Positions 36,831 to 46,067 of a DNA stretch of 64,000 nt are shown here, in pieces. Made by a program: the position numbers and the translations under genes. The DNA lies in NCBI GenBank assembly GCA_964563395.1, contig CAZLWK010000013.1:10000-73999 (forward strand), in the 5' to 3' direction. The first letter of the stretch is position 1. The number at the start of each line of letters is the position of its first letter. The notes beneath the pieces are model-generated. The model saw only the letters and a program-made list of their open reading frames with translations. It searched no databases and was not told the DNA's origin. This DNA comes from an uncultured Caulobacteraceae bacterium (GTDB lineage: Bacteria; Pseudomonadota; Alphaproteobacteria; Caulobacterales; Aquidulcibacteraceae).

Positions 36831-37943
36831 TCAGGCGGCGTGATCGGCGCCGAGCGTGGCCTCGAACTCGCCGAAGATTTCCATGGCCTCGGCCGGCTCC
36901 ATCACGAGCTGACCGGTTTCGCCAAAACGAAACCGCCAGAACGATTCAATGTGCATGATCATTGACAGCGCCTCCCCCACGGAGAGGAACAGCGCCGGCG
37001 CGCGCATCAGGAAATCGCGAAACGCCGTCGGCTTGCCCGCGGCCAATTCTTCGAAGGCTTCGTTGTAACTGCGCAATCCCGTGCGCACCCGATTGGTGGC
37101 GCTGGTAAGCGCATCGACGATGCGCTGGCGCGTCGCTTGAAGATACATGCGCTCTTCAGGGGTCGCGAGCGGCGTCTTCGCGGAGAGAATTTGGCGGGCG
37201 AGATCGGAGAGGCGCGGCGCGAGTTCTTTCACCAGCCAATTATAATAGAGAAAGCCCTTCCAGGCGAAGACGCCCTCGCGATATTCCTCGCTCTGCAGCT
37301 GAAGCGTTTGACGCAAAGGCTCAAGGCTTTGCGCCGTCTCGTCCGTCATCAATTTTTCCGCCATGCGCGCGGACAGATTACGTCCCGGCGCGCCATTGCC
37401 ATTGGCGAAGGCGAGCTCCACAAGGCGGCCGATCTCGCCTTCGACGAATTTGCGCATGCGCGCGCCGTCCGCCTCGGAGAGATCGAAATAGCAGCGCGCC
37501 GGATCGCGACCATAGCGGCGCAGGCGCTCGCGCAGCAGGAACGGATCGAAGGAGGGCAATTCGTCGATGATCTGCAGCACCTCGACGTCGGCCTCGAATT
37601 CCAGCTGATCCACATAGCCGCCCACGCTCGCGCGCATTTGCTTTTGAAAATCGCGCTGCGCGACGAAAAAGCTGGTGCCGCCGAGCGACAGATCCTCTGT
37701 CGAATAAGGCAGGATCACTTTCGTGACGGTGGTGCCGCGCTTGGAGATGAATTCGCGCTCGGCGTCGCGGATCGTGTGCTTGAGGATCAAGGCGCGGTTC
37801 AGGCGCCGGTTCTTGAACAGCGGGCGCTCCGTGTATTCCGGCGTGTCGCCGAAGCGCTGGGCGACCAGCGCGAGATTGAGCACGCGTGTGGTCGATCCGC
37901 TCTCGCGAATGAGGGATAGGTCTCGTCTGCCCTTTTGCGCCAT
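36831..37943 (-). CDS. hypothetical protein, no recognisable domain
   Basis: Start at MAQKGRRDLSLI (ATG 37943). 370 aa, soluble, charged, helical-looking. Clean ORF with normal composition. Confidence 0.6.
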   Translation of the reverse strand: MAQKGRRDLSLIRESGSTTRVLNLALVAQRFGDTPEYTERPLFKNRRLNRALILKHTIRDAEREFISKRGTTVTKVILPYSTEDLSLGGTSFFVAQRDFQKQMRASVGGYVDQLEFEADVEVLQIIDELPSFDPFLLRERLRRYGRDPARCYFDLSEADGARMRKFVEGEIGRLVELAFANGNGAPGRNLSARMAEKLMTDETAQSLEPLRQTLQLQSEEYREGVFAWKGFLYYNWLVKELAPRLSDLARQILSAKTPLATPEERMYLQATRQRIVDALTSATNRVRTGLRSYNEAFEELAAGKPTAFRDFLMRAPALFLSVGEALSMIMHIESFWRFRFGETGQLVMEPAEAMEIFGEFEATLGADHAA

Positions 37944-37972
37944 GCCCCACCAAAAGAGCAGAGCGGCAAAGA

Positions 37973-39004
37973 TTAGGTTAACGTTTCCCGAAAATCGCTC
38001 CAATTCGGCGCGCCGAAGAGGCTTTGGGCTGCGTGGACGCCGCGCGCGATGGCGCGCGCCAGGCAATCGGCCGCGTGTGCGCCGATCTCGGCCACAAGGG
38101 CGGGACGCGGCGCGTCAGCCGCGTCGCGCTGGGCGGTGGAAAGCGCGAACACCACGTCTCCATCGCCCGGCGCGAAGACGGGCCGGATCGCGCGCGCCAT
38201 GCCCGCGCCCGCCATTTGCGCGACGCGCGAAAGTTCGGCGCGCGACAGCGCGATATCGGTGGCCACGACCGCGAGCGTGGTGTTGGCGCGCGCGCCCGGA
38301 TCGACCCGCGCCGCGCCCCAGCGCGCTTGGTCGAAGGGCGGCATCTCCGGGCCGGGGCGCACGCCGCCGAATTCGCCACCCTGCTCGAACGGCCAGGCCC
38401 AAAAAGCGCGCGTGCCCGGAATGAGCACGGAGCCGAACGCATTCACGCAAGCCAGGGCGGCGATGGTCGCGCCCGAATCCAAGACGATGCTGGCCGCGCC
38501 CTGCCCGCCCTTGAGCGCGCCCGCGCGCGCGCCATAGCCTGCGCCCGCATTGCCGAGCGGCGTCTTCGCGCCCGCGCGCGCCAGCGCTTCGGCGCCCAGC
38601 GCCGCATAGGGCGGCGCTTCGCCCCAATCTTTTGGCGCGCCATTGGCGAGATCGTACAGCGCCGCCGCCGGCACGATCGGCGCCGTCAGCGGCGCGGCCG
38701 AGCCGGCGAAACGAAAGCCGCGCCCTTGCGCCCCCAAGGCGGCGACGACGCCGTCCGCAGCGGCGAGCCCATAGACCGATCCGCCGGCGAGCACGATCGC
38801 GTCGATCGTCTCCACCAGCTTGTCGAGGCCGAGCGCGTCGCCTTCGCGCGTCGCGGGACCGCCGCCGAACACCGCGACGGCGCATCGCGCCGGCGCGTCC
38901 GGCGCGATCACGGTGACGCCGGTGCCGAAGGCTTCAGCCTCCGCGCAACCGACCTTGAGGCCGGCCACGTCGGTCAAGGCGTTCTCTTGGCCCGGGCGGC
39001 TCAT
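37973..39004 (-). CDS. P1/S58 (DmpA/BapA-like) aminopeptidase family protein
   Basis: Start at MSRPGQENALTDVAGLKVG. GTGVTVI and the Ala/Gly-rich core are typical of the family. Confidence 0.75.
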   Translation of the reverse strand: MSRPGQENALTDVAGLKVGCAEAEAFGTGVTVIAPDAPARCAVAVFGGGPATREGDALGLDKLVETIDAIVLAGGSVYGLAAADGVVAALGAQGRGFRFAGSAAPLTAPIVPAAALYDLANGAPKDWGEAPPYAALGAEALARAGAKTPLGNAGAGYGARAGALKGGQGAASIVLDSGATIAALACVNAFGSVLIPGTRAFWAWPFEQGGEFGGVRPGPEMPPFDQARWGAARVDPGARANTTLAVVATDIALSRAELSRVAQMAGAGMARAIRPVFAPGDGDVVFALSTAQRDAADAPRPALVAEIGAHAADCLARAIARGVHAAQSLFGAPNWSDFRETLT

Positions 39005-39051
39005 CGTCTTCCTTTTCGCGCTCGCGTGCGGAGCGTGTAAGAAGGCGCGCC

Positions 39052-40809
39052 ATGACTGACAAGCACGCACCGCGCCTCCTCGCTCTCCTGGGCGCGCTCG
39101 CCTTCTTGACCGCCTGCGCCTCCGCGCCGTTCGCGGCGGGCCCGAACGCGTCGCAACAGGGCGAAGCGATGGTGGCGGCGGCCGATCCGCGCGCCGCCGA
39201 AGCCGGCTTGGGCGTGCTGCGCGAGGGCGGCTCGGCGGTGGATGCGGCGATCGCGGCGATGCTGGTGCTCGGGCTTGTCGAGCCGCAATCGGCGGGCCTC
39301 GGCGGCGGCGGTTTCCTGCTCACTTATGAAGAAGAAAGCGAGCGCATCGAAGCCTTTGACGGACGCGAGCGCGCGCCCGCAGGAGCGCATCCAGAGATGT
39401 TCCTCGGCGCCGATGGGCGCCCGCTGAGCTTTCGAGAGGCGGCGCATAGCGGCCTCTCCATCGGCACGCCTTCGCTCATCGCCATGCTGCACATGGCGCA
39501 TGAGCGGCACGGACGTCTGCCATGGTCGCGCTTGGCCGCGCCCGCCATCGCGCTGGCGGAGGACGGCTTCGTAGTGTCGCCGCGCCTTCATCAAGTGATC
39601 ACGCTCGCCGGCGCTGACATGCGCGCCGATCCGGCCGCGCGGGCGTATTTCTTCACCGAGGAAGGCGCGCCGCTGCCCGCCGGCTTCGTGCGCGCCAACC
39701 CGGCTTACGCCGCCACCTTGCGCGCCATCGTGGCGGAGGGGCCGCGCGCGCTGACGCACGGCCCCATCGCCGATGACATCGTCGCCGCCGCGCGGCGCGG
39801 GCCGCGCGCCGGCACGCTCACCCACGCCGATTTGCAAAACTATGCGCCGCGCCGGCTTGAGCCGATCTGCGGCGCGTTCCGCATCTATCGCGTGTGCGGC
39901 ATGCCGCCGCCGAGTTCGGGCGGCGTGGCGGTTTTGTCCATCCTCGGCGCCTATGAGCGTTTGCGTCCCCAGCCCGTTGGCCGCGCTGACGCGGACGATT
40001 GGTCGGCGTTTCTGTGGGCGAGCCGCATGGCCTATGCGGACCGCGACTATTACATCGCCGATGACACGTATGCGCCGGGGCCCGCGCGCGCGCTGATCGA
40101 TCCGCGCTATCTCGATGCGCGCGCGGCGAGCGCCGATATCGCAACGGCGCCGCGTACGCCGATCCTGCCGGGCGATCCCTCCGCGCTCATCGGCGGGGAA
40201 TCCTTCGCCAATCGCTGGGGCCGCGACGATAGCCGCGACACGCCCGGCACGACGCACATTTCCGTGGTGGCGCCGAACGGCGACGCGGCCGCGCTGACAG
40301 CAACGATCGAAGCGGCGTTCGGCGCGCAGCGCATGGCGGGCGGCTTTCTGCTCAACAATGAATTGACCGATTTCTCCTTCGCGCCGCGCTTCGACGGCAA
40401 GCCGGTCGCCAACGCGCCCGCGCCGGGCAAGCGCCCGCGCTCCTCAATGGCGCCGACAATCGTCACGGACGAGCAAGGCGAGTTGGTCGCCGTGATCGGA
40501 TCCCCGGGCGGCTCCGGCATCATCGCCTATGTCGCGCGCGCGCTGATCGAAACGCTCGATTGGGGCGCGCCGATGCAGGAAGCGATCGAGGGCCCAAACG
40601 TCGTGGCGCAATTTGCTCCGGCGCGCGTTGAGAACACGCGCATGCCGGCAGGCGTGCTGGACGCGCTCGCCGCGCGCGGATGGCGTTTGCAGCCCATCGC
40701 GCAAGAAGTCAGCGGGTTGCACGGAATCCGCGTGACGCCGGAAGGTCTCGACGGCGGCGCCGATCCGCGCCGCGAGGGCGCCGCGCTGCGCCTTGCGCCG
40801 GCGCCGTGA
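39052..40809 (+). CDS. ggt: gamma-glutamyltransferase
   Basis: Lipoprotein-type signal (LAFLTACAS). Autoprocessing nucleophile context PGTTHISVV. GSPGGSGII near the C-terminus. Confidence 0.92.
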   Translation: MTDKHAPRLLALLGALAFLTACASAPFAAGPNASQQGEAMVAAADPRAAEAGLGVLREGGSAVDAAIAAMLVLGLVEPQSAGLGGGGFLLTYEEESERIEAFDGRERAPAGAHPEMFLGADGRPLSFREAAHSGLSIGTPSLIAMLHMAHERHGRLPWSRLAAPAIALAEDGFVVSPRLHQVITLAGADMRADPAARAYFFTEEGAPLPAGFVRANPAYAATLRAIVAEGPRALTHGPIADDIVAAARRGPRAGTLTHADLQNYAPRRLEPICGAFRIYRVCGMPPPSSGGVAVLSILGAYERLRPQPVGRADADDWSAFLWASRMAYADRDYYIADDTYAPGPARALIDPRYLDARAASADIATAPRTPILPGDPSALIGGESFANRWGRDDSRDTPGTTHISVVAPNGDAAALTATIEAAFGAQRMAGGFLLNNELTDFSFAPRFDGKPVANAPAPGKRPRSSMAPTIVTDEQGELVAVIGSPGGSGIIAYVARALIETLDWGAPMQEAIEGPNVVAQFAPARVENTRMPAGVLDALAARGWRLQPIAQEVSGLHGIRVTPEGLDGGADPRREGAALRLAPAP

Positions 40810-40819
40810 TCATCAAGCC

Positions 40820-42256
40820 CTAGGCGCGCGGCAGCGTAATCGAAAAGCGCGCGCCGGCAGCGCTGGTTTCCGCGAGCTCCACTTCCCCGCCCTGCGCGCG
40901 CGCCAATTCCCGCGCGATCGCAAGACCGAGGCCGGCCCCGTGCGAATCCGTGGAGGCGAACGGTTCGAACAAACGCGCCTGCACCGCTTCCGATACGCCA
41001 GGGCCATTGTCGATCACATCGATACGGCAATTCGCGCCCTGGCCCTGCGCGCGCAAAACGATGCGCGCATCGGCGCGCCCATTCAGGGCCTGGGCGGCGT
41101 TACGCATCAGATTGACCACGATGCGATGCAATTGATCCTCGTCGGCGATGGCGACGAGCCCTGGCTCGACGGAAATTTCAACGCCGACATGGGCGAACGC
41201 GGCGAGCGCGTCGCCGGCCGCCTCCGTCAGCGCCTCGGCGAGACGGATCGGCGCGAGCACCGGCGCTTGTTCATCGGCCCGTCCAAAGCGCGCGGTCGAT
41301 GAAGCAAGGCCGGCCGCGCGCCCGATCGAGCGCTCCAGGCGCTGGGCCAATTGGCGCACGCTCGGATCGTCGGAGGCGGCAAGGCGCTCGGTGACGATCT
41401 GCGCGGTGGTCAAGATGTTGCGCAGATCGTGCGCGATGCGCGCCACCGCGCCGCCCAGGGCGGCCAGGCGCTCGCGCTGACGCAAGCTGGAGCGAATTTC
41501 ATCGGCCATCTGCGCGGCGGCGCGTTCGGCGCGGCCGATCTCGTCGGCGCGCGAGGAGCGGCGGAACGGGATAGAAGCGTCCTCGGGGCGATCGCGAAAC
41601 CGCTCGATCGCGTTGGTGAGACGGCGCACCGGCTGCACGAAGGCGATGGCGAGCACGAAATAGACGATGGCGCCGGCGGTCAGCGAAATCAAAGTGGCGA
41701 CGGTGAAGCTGCGCGCGGCGTAAACGCCCATGGCGCGCTTCAATTCGTCTTCCGCCAGTTCGATCTCGATCATTTCGGCGCCTTCAAGACGCGTCGGCGC
41801 GCGAACCAAAAGATAGCGGCCCGAGGGCGCCACGAACGTCTCCACCGCCCAGGCGAAGCGAAGCACGTCGTTCTCGACCGAATAATCGTAGAAGGCCGCG
41901 TCCTCGGCCGGTTCTTGCGCGGCGATTAACAGATCCGGCCGGTCGGCCCGGCGCACGGCGATCCGATGAACCCCGGCGCTGGCCAGAAGCTCGCTGCGCA
42001 GCGAGGCGGCCATTTCCGCCTGGGGCGCGGCCGCCACCGCCAGCGCGGCCGTCTCGGCCAGATTGATGCGGTCGCGCAGCCACGCGCCGTGGAAATTGGC
42101 GAGGCCCGGCACGAACACGACCGCTTCGGCCACCAGCACGACCGCGAAGGTGACGGCCAGCAGGCGCCCGGCCAGCCCTCGAAAAAAGGGGAGCCGCTCG
42201 CGATGCGGCGCGGCCGCCTGTGTCGCTTCGCCGTCGATACTCATCCTTGTCCCCAC
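40820..42256 (-). CDS. sensor histidine kinase (orphan, HAMP-containing)
   Basis: H-box AHDLRNILT, NLMRNAAQAL, DNGPGV, GAGLGLAIA. No adjacent response regulator. Confidence 0.88.
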   Translation of the reverse strand: MGTRMSIDGEATQAAAPHRERLPFFRGLAGRLLAVTFAVVLVAEAVVFVPGLANFHGAWLRDRINLAETAALAVAAAPQAEMAASLRSELLASAGVHRIAVRRADRPDLLIAAQEPAEDAAFYDYSVENDVLRFAWAVETFVAPSGRYLLVRAPTRLEGAEMIEIELAEDELKRAMGVYAARSFTVATLISLTAGAIVYFVLAIAFVQPVRRLTNAIERFRDRPEDASIPFRRSSRADEIGRAERAAAQMADEIRSSLRQRERLAALGGAVARIAHDLRNILTTAQIVTERLAASDDPSVRQLAQRLERSIGRAAGLASSTARFGRADEQAPVLAPIRLAEALTEAAGDALAAFAHVGVEISVEPGLVAIADEDQLHRIVVNLMRNAAQALNGRADARIVLRAQGQGANCRIDVIDNGPGVSEAVQARLFEPFASTDSHGAGLGLAIARELARAQGGEVELAETSAAGARFSITLPRA

Positions 42257-42385
42257 AAGCCTAGGTAGGATGACTTTTGCGTGAACGCGAGTGCCCGCAC
42301 GCAGCCGGCGCGGCCATCATGGCGCCTTAACCAAAGACCCCTATCTTCATGGCCAGCGCATGAACGCGCCGCGGAACCCGCCCGG

Positions 42386-44158
42386 ATGAAGCCGAGCCTT
42401 GCAGACATCCCCCTCCTGAAAGGCGCGGCCCCCGAGGTCCTGACGGCGCTGGAGGAGGAAGCCACCTGGTTTTCGCTGCCGGCGGGCTGGCAATTGTTCA
42501 GCGCGGGCGAGCAATCGGACGGCGTATGCTTCCTGCTTTCCGGCGCGTTGGCGGCGTTCAGGCCGGTGCAGCGCGGGCAGCACCAATTGGTCGGCTATAT
42601 TCGTCCCGGCGAGCCGGTCGGCGAGATGGCGCTGATCGCGCGCGAGCCGCACACGGCCAGCGTGTTCGCGATCCGCGACAGCGAAATGATCCGGCTCGCG
42701 CCCGAAACCTTCGACCGCCTAATCCGCACGCATCCGACCCTGATGGAACAGATGGCGCGGCTGATGCTGGCGCGCGCGCGCCAGGACGCGCGCAAAAGCG
42801 CCCGCGCCGAACCGAAAGTTTATGCGCTCATCGCCACCTCGCCGACGATCGATCTGCGCCTGCGCGCCAAGGCGTTGCAGAACGCGCTGCGTCGCCTCGG
42901 CAAAAGCGCCTGCATCGTCGGCGAGGAAGGCGCCGAAATGGAGAGCGTGTGGTTCGACGCGCTCGAACACGATCATGACGCGGTGCTGCTGATTTCCCCG
43001 GTGCGCGACACGCCCTGGTTTCGCGCGTGTATCCGTCAGGCTGACCGCATCTGGGTGCTCGCGCGCGCCGATGCGCGCCCCTCCGCGCCGCTCCTGCCGC
43101 AGGAAGACCCCTCGCCCGCGCGGCAGTTTCGTCTTGTCGACGTGGTGCTGTTGCATCACGGCTCGGACAGACAGGCCGCCACCACCGATGAATGGCGCGC
43201 CGCCTGCGATGCGCAGCGGCTTTATCATTGGCAGGGCCTTGAGGATGAACACGCCGCGCGGCTTGCGCGTGTGATCGCGGGCCGCTCCATCGGGCTTGTG
43301 CTTTCCGGCGGCGGCGCGCGCGCCTATGCGCATCTGGGCGTTGTGCGCGCGCTGCGTGAAACCGGCGTGCCGATCGATGTCGCCGGCGGCACGTCGATGG
43401 GCGCGATCGTCGCCGCCTGTGTGGCGATGGGCTGGGACGACGAAGAAATTGAATTGCGGATCCGCAAGGCGTTCGTGGAGAGCAATCCGCTTGGCGATTA
43501 CGTTCTGCCGGTCGTGGCGTTGACGCGCGGACGGCGTGTGGAAGATCGCCTGCAGGAGCATTTCGGCGAGACGTTGATCGAGGATCTGAAGATCCCGTTC
43601 TTCTGCGTGTCCACCAATCTGGCGACAGGATCGGTGCGCATCCATCGCTCCGGCGTGCTGCGCCATGCCTTGCGCGCCTCGATTTCGCTGCCTGGCATCT
43701 TGCCGCCTGTGATCGAGGGCGAGCACGGCCTGCTTGTGGACGGCGCGGTGCTGAAGAATTTTCCCGTCGACGTGCTCAAGGAAATTCATCGCGGCCCGAT
43801 CATCGGCGTCGACGTGGCGCGTCAATTGACCATCGATCCGGAAGAATTCCGCGATCCGCCGGAATTTCCGGCCTGGGTGGCGCGTCACGGCTTTCGCGCG
43901 CCCCCGCCGATCGCCTCGCTGCTGATGCGCACGGCCACGATCGGCATCAATCCATGGGAAGGCCGCTCCGGCGCGGATCTCCTGATCGCGCCGGACATGG
44001 CGGACGTGGATTTGCGCGATTGGAAGAAATTCGACAGCGCGGTGGCCTCCGGTTATGAGGCGGCGGTCGCGGCGATGCAGCGCCAGCACGGCCTGTTCAA
44101 CGCGCCGGAGCTCGATGGCGCGGGCTATTCCGCCGCGACGCTGGAGACGGCGGACTGA
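42386..44158 (+). CDS. cyclic-nucleotide-binding domain / patatin-like phospholipase fusion protein
   Basis: Start at MKPSLADIPLLKG. cNMP motif GEPVGEMALIAREPHTASV. Patatin motifs GGGARAYAHLG, GTSMG (Ser) and VDGAVLKNFP (Asp). Confidence 0.88.
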   Translation: MKPSLADIPLLKGAAPEVLTALEEEATWFSLPAGWQLFSAGEQSDGVCFLLSGALAAFRPVQRGQHQLVGYIRPGEPVGEMALIAREPHTASVFAIRDSEMIRLAPETFDRLIRTHPTLMEQMARLMLARARQDARKSARAEPKVYALIATSPTIDLRLRAKALQNALRRLGKSACIVGEEGAEMESVWFDALEHDHDAVLLISPVRDTPWFRACIRQADRIWVLARADARPSAPLLPQEDPSPARQFRLVDVVLLHHGSDRQAATTDEWRAACDAQRLYHWQGLEDEHAARLARVIAGRSIGLVLSGGGARAYAHLGVVRALRETGVPIDVAGGTSMGAIVAACVAMGWDDEEIELRIRKAFVESNPLGDYVLPVVALTRGRRVEDRLQEHFGETLIEDLKIPFFCVSTNLATGSVRIHRSGVLRHALRASISLPGILPPVIEGEHGLLVDGAVLKNFPVDVLKEIHRGPIIGVDVARQLTIDPEEFRDPPEFPAWVARHGFRAPPPIASLLMRTATIGINPWEGRSGADLLIAPDMADVDLRDWKKFDSAVASGYEAAVAAMQRQHGLFNAPELDGAGYSAATLETAD

Positions 44159-44725
44159 ATGCGCATTTTCGTGATGGCGGCGTCGCTCGCCCTGCTTGGC
44201 GCGTGCGCGGAAGAGCCCGCGGGCTGCGCCGCTGAAATTCAAAAACCGCTCGCCTTCGCAAGCGAAGCCGACAGCGTGCTCGTGCGCACGCTCGGCCCGT
44301 CCTGCGACAAGGCGGTTGGCGTTCTCGTGCTGCAATCGGCCGAGAACGAACCGCTCTGGGCCTGGGCCGGCCCGCTCTATCCCACGTTCGGCAATCTGTT
44401 CGAGGCGCGCGCGGGCGATCCTCCGACGCTGGAGACGGCGCGCGCTTTCCTGGAACGCTGGGCCGAGCCGCGCGCGGAACGCACGAGCGCCGCCCCGCCC
44501 TGGCCGGAGAATGCTCCCGAGCCGCCCGGCGGCGCGACCATCACCCTAGACAGGGCGACCTATGAGGACGTGCGCGCGCGCGACCTGCCCATGGCGTGCG
44601 TGCTGACGGGGCTGGCCCGGGAAAGCTGCATCTTCTGGGAACCCGGCGCGGCGGCGGCCGGGCTACTTCTGGAGCGGGACGCGCGCCCTCCGGCTTCGGA
44701 CGCGCCCGACCACGCCCCGCATTGA
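44159..44725 (+). CDS. lipoprotein of unknown function
   Basis: Lipobox LALLGAC. ATG directly abuts the patatin stop (TGAATG). Confidence 0.65.
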   Translation: MRIFVMAASLALLGACAEEPAGCAAEIQKPLAFASEADSVLVRTLGPSCDKAVGVLVLQSAENEPLWAWAGPLYPTFGNLFEARAGDPPTLETARAFLERWAEPRAERTSAAPPWPENAPEPPGGATITLDRATYEDVRARDLPMACVLTGLARESCIFWEPGAAAAGLLLERDARPPASDAPDHAPH

Positions 44726-44818
44726 CGATTCAGCAAGCGATTGTGCGTTTGATGCGGGGAAGGACCTTTGCGCGGACGCAAATCGCGCTTATTTCAGCGG
44801 TCCTTGTTCAACTTTAGA

Positions 44819-44963
44819 AAGGAGGTGACCAGTGTCTCATTGTCTCCCAGAGGGGTGTGCGCAGAGAAACGGGAACCTCCTTGTGGGGCCCTCCTCTTAA
44901 GGCCGCCCCGCGGTCCGACAATGGAAAGGCCGTTCCCGAAAGGGGGCGGCCTTTCGTCGTTTT
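44819..44963 (+). ncRNA. candidate small RNA (or 22-codon micro-ORF transcript) with CCUCC motifs
   Basis: AAGGAGGT (44819-44826) is perfectly complementary to ACCTCCTT (44875-44882). A second hairpin (44885-44907) presents CTCCTCTTAA in its loop. A strong intrinsic terminator lies at the 3-prime end. No promoter identified. Confidence 0.3.
44924..44963 (+). terminator. Rho-independent terminator
   Basis: GAAAGGCCGTTCCC-GAAA-GGGGGCGGCCTTTC stem (14 bp with two G-U pairs, GNRA loop) followed by GTCGTTTT. Confidence 0.75.
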
Positions 44964-45924
44964 AGGCGCCGGCCTTGGCGGCGCGCACATAGGACGCAAG
45001 CGCCAGCGCGCAGGCGGCGAGGCCCGGCGCGATAAAGGCGAGCGCGGCGACGGCCTCGCCCGCGGCGCGGGCCGATACCGCCATCGAGCCGCCAACGCCC
45101 ACCAGCGCGACGCCAAGCGCCATCAGACAGGCTTGCGCGAACGTTTCGCTCAGCACGCGCGCGGGCGGGCGCTTGGCGCGGCGCGCATCGGTGAAGATCT
45201 GGCGCGCGGCGGGGCGCGCTTGCGCAACGCTCGGCTCCGGCTCGGCCTCTTGGGCGGGCGCGGGCGGTCCGGCGAGCACTTCGGTGAGCACCAAGGCGGT
45301 GCGGGGCCCGGCGCGCAGAATGTCGCCAAGGCGCTGGGCCTCCTCCTCGGGCGTGCGCGGCTGGGGCGCGGCGCTCAGAGGCGGAGCGACGGCGAAATCG
45401 CGCGAAGCGGAAAGAATGGCGGCGGCGTGATCCTTCTGCGCGCGCACATGCGCGCTCGGCGCCGGCGCGACCGGCGCACCGCGCAGGAACAGCGCCTTCT
45501 CCGCCGCGCGGCGACAGATCAGGAGATCGTAAATCTCGCTCTCGCCGCTCACCGCGCTCTTGCGCCAGGCATCCATCGCCAAGGCGGCGGCGATCATGTG
45601 GCCCGCGTTCACCTTGCGCAGCACATCGCTCGTTTCGAACGCGGGAACGCCCACCGAGAAGCAAAAGGACACGAGCGCATCGAATTGCGCCTGGCTGATC
45701 GGCATGGTGACTTTTGCGTTCACGAAACGCTCGAAGGGCGCAAGATCGAGCGCGAGTTGGCGCTCGGCCTCCTCCGCGCTCATCGGCGCCTCGGGCGCGG
45801 CCATGCGCACATGGCCATAACCGATCACCCAGCCGCCCTCGTGCAGCGCTTCGGCCTCGGCGCGGAAGCCCTCGAACGTCTTGATCAGATCAAGACCCTC
45901 TTGAGAGGTGGCGTGTGTCTGCAT
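44962..45924 (-). CDS. GH24 phage-type lysozyme domain protein with C-terminal membrane anchor
   Basis: Start at MQTHATSQEGLDLIKTFEGFRAEAE..GGWVIGYGH (catalytic Glu context). Pro/Ala linker, then two hydrophobic segments (ACLMALGVALVGVGG, ALAFIAPGLAACALALA). Confidence 0.8.
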   Translation of the reverse strand: MQTHATSQEGLDLIKTFEGFRAEAEALHEGGWVIGYGHVRMAAPEAPMSAEEAERQLALDLAPFERFVNAKVTMPISQAQFDALVSFCFSVGVPAFETSDVLRKVNAGHMIAAALAMDAWRKSAVSGESEIYDLLICRRAAEKALFLRGAPVAPAPSAHVRAQKDHAAAILSASRDFAVAPPLSAAPQPRTPEEEAQRLGDILRAGPRTALVLTEVLAGPPAPAQEAEPEPSVAQARPAARQIFTDARRAKRPPARVLSETFAQACLMALGVALVGVGGSMAVSARAAGEAVAALAFIAPGLAACALALASYVRAAKAGA

Positions 45925-46067
45925 CAGCGGCCCCAAAATACCTGATCGGGCCGTCTCGTTTCGAAGCAGCGAGCGCGCCCGGCTCGCCTCTCAAGGCAAG
46001 CGCCGGGCCAAAAGCTCGCGCAATGGGTGAGTTATGGTTGGCGCGGCGCTAAGGATTTAGCGGACGC

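Noticed and set aside
44768-44965. 65-aa ORF from the track covering the intergenic region after the lipoprotein gene.
   Set aside because: It has no SD at its start, it runs straight through the terminator hairpin, and its composition is atypical. The structured-RNA or 22-codon ORF reading explains the region better.
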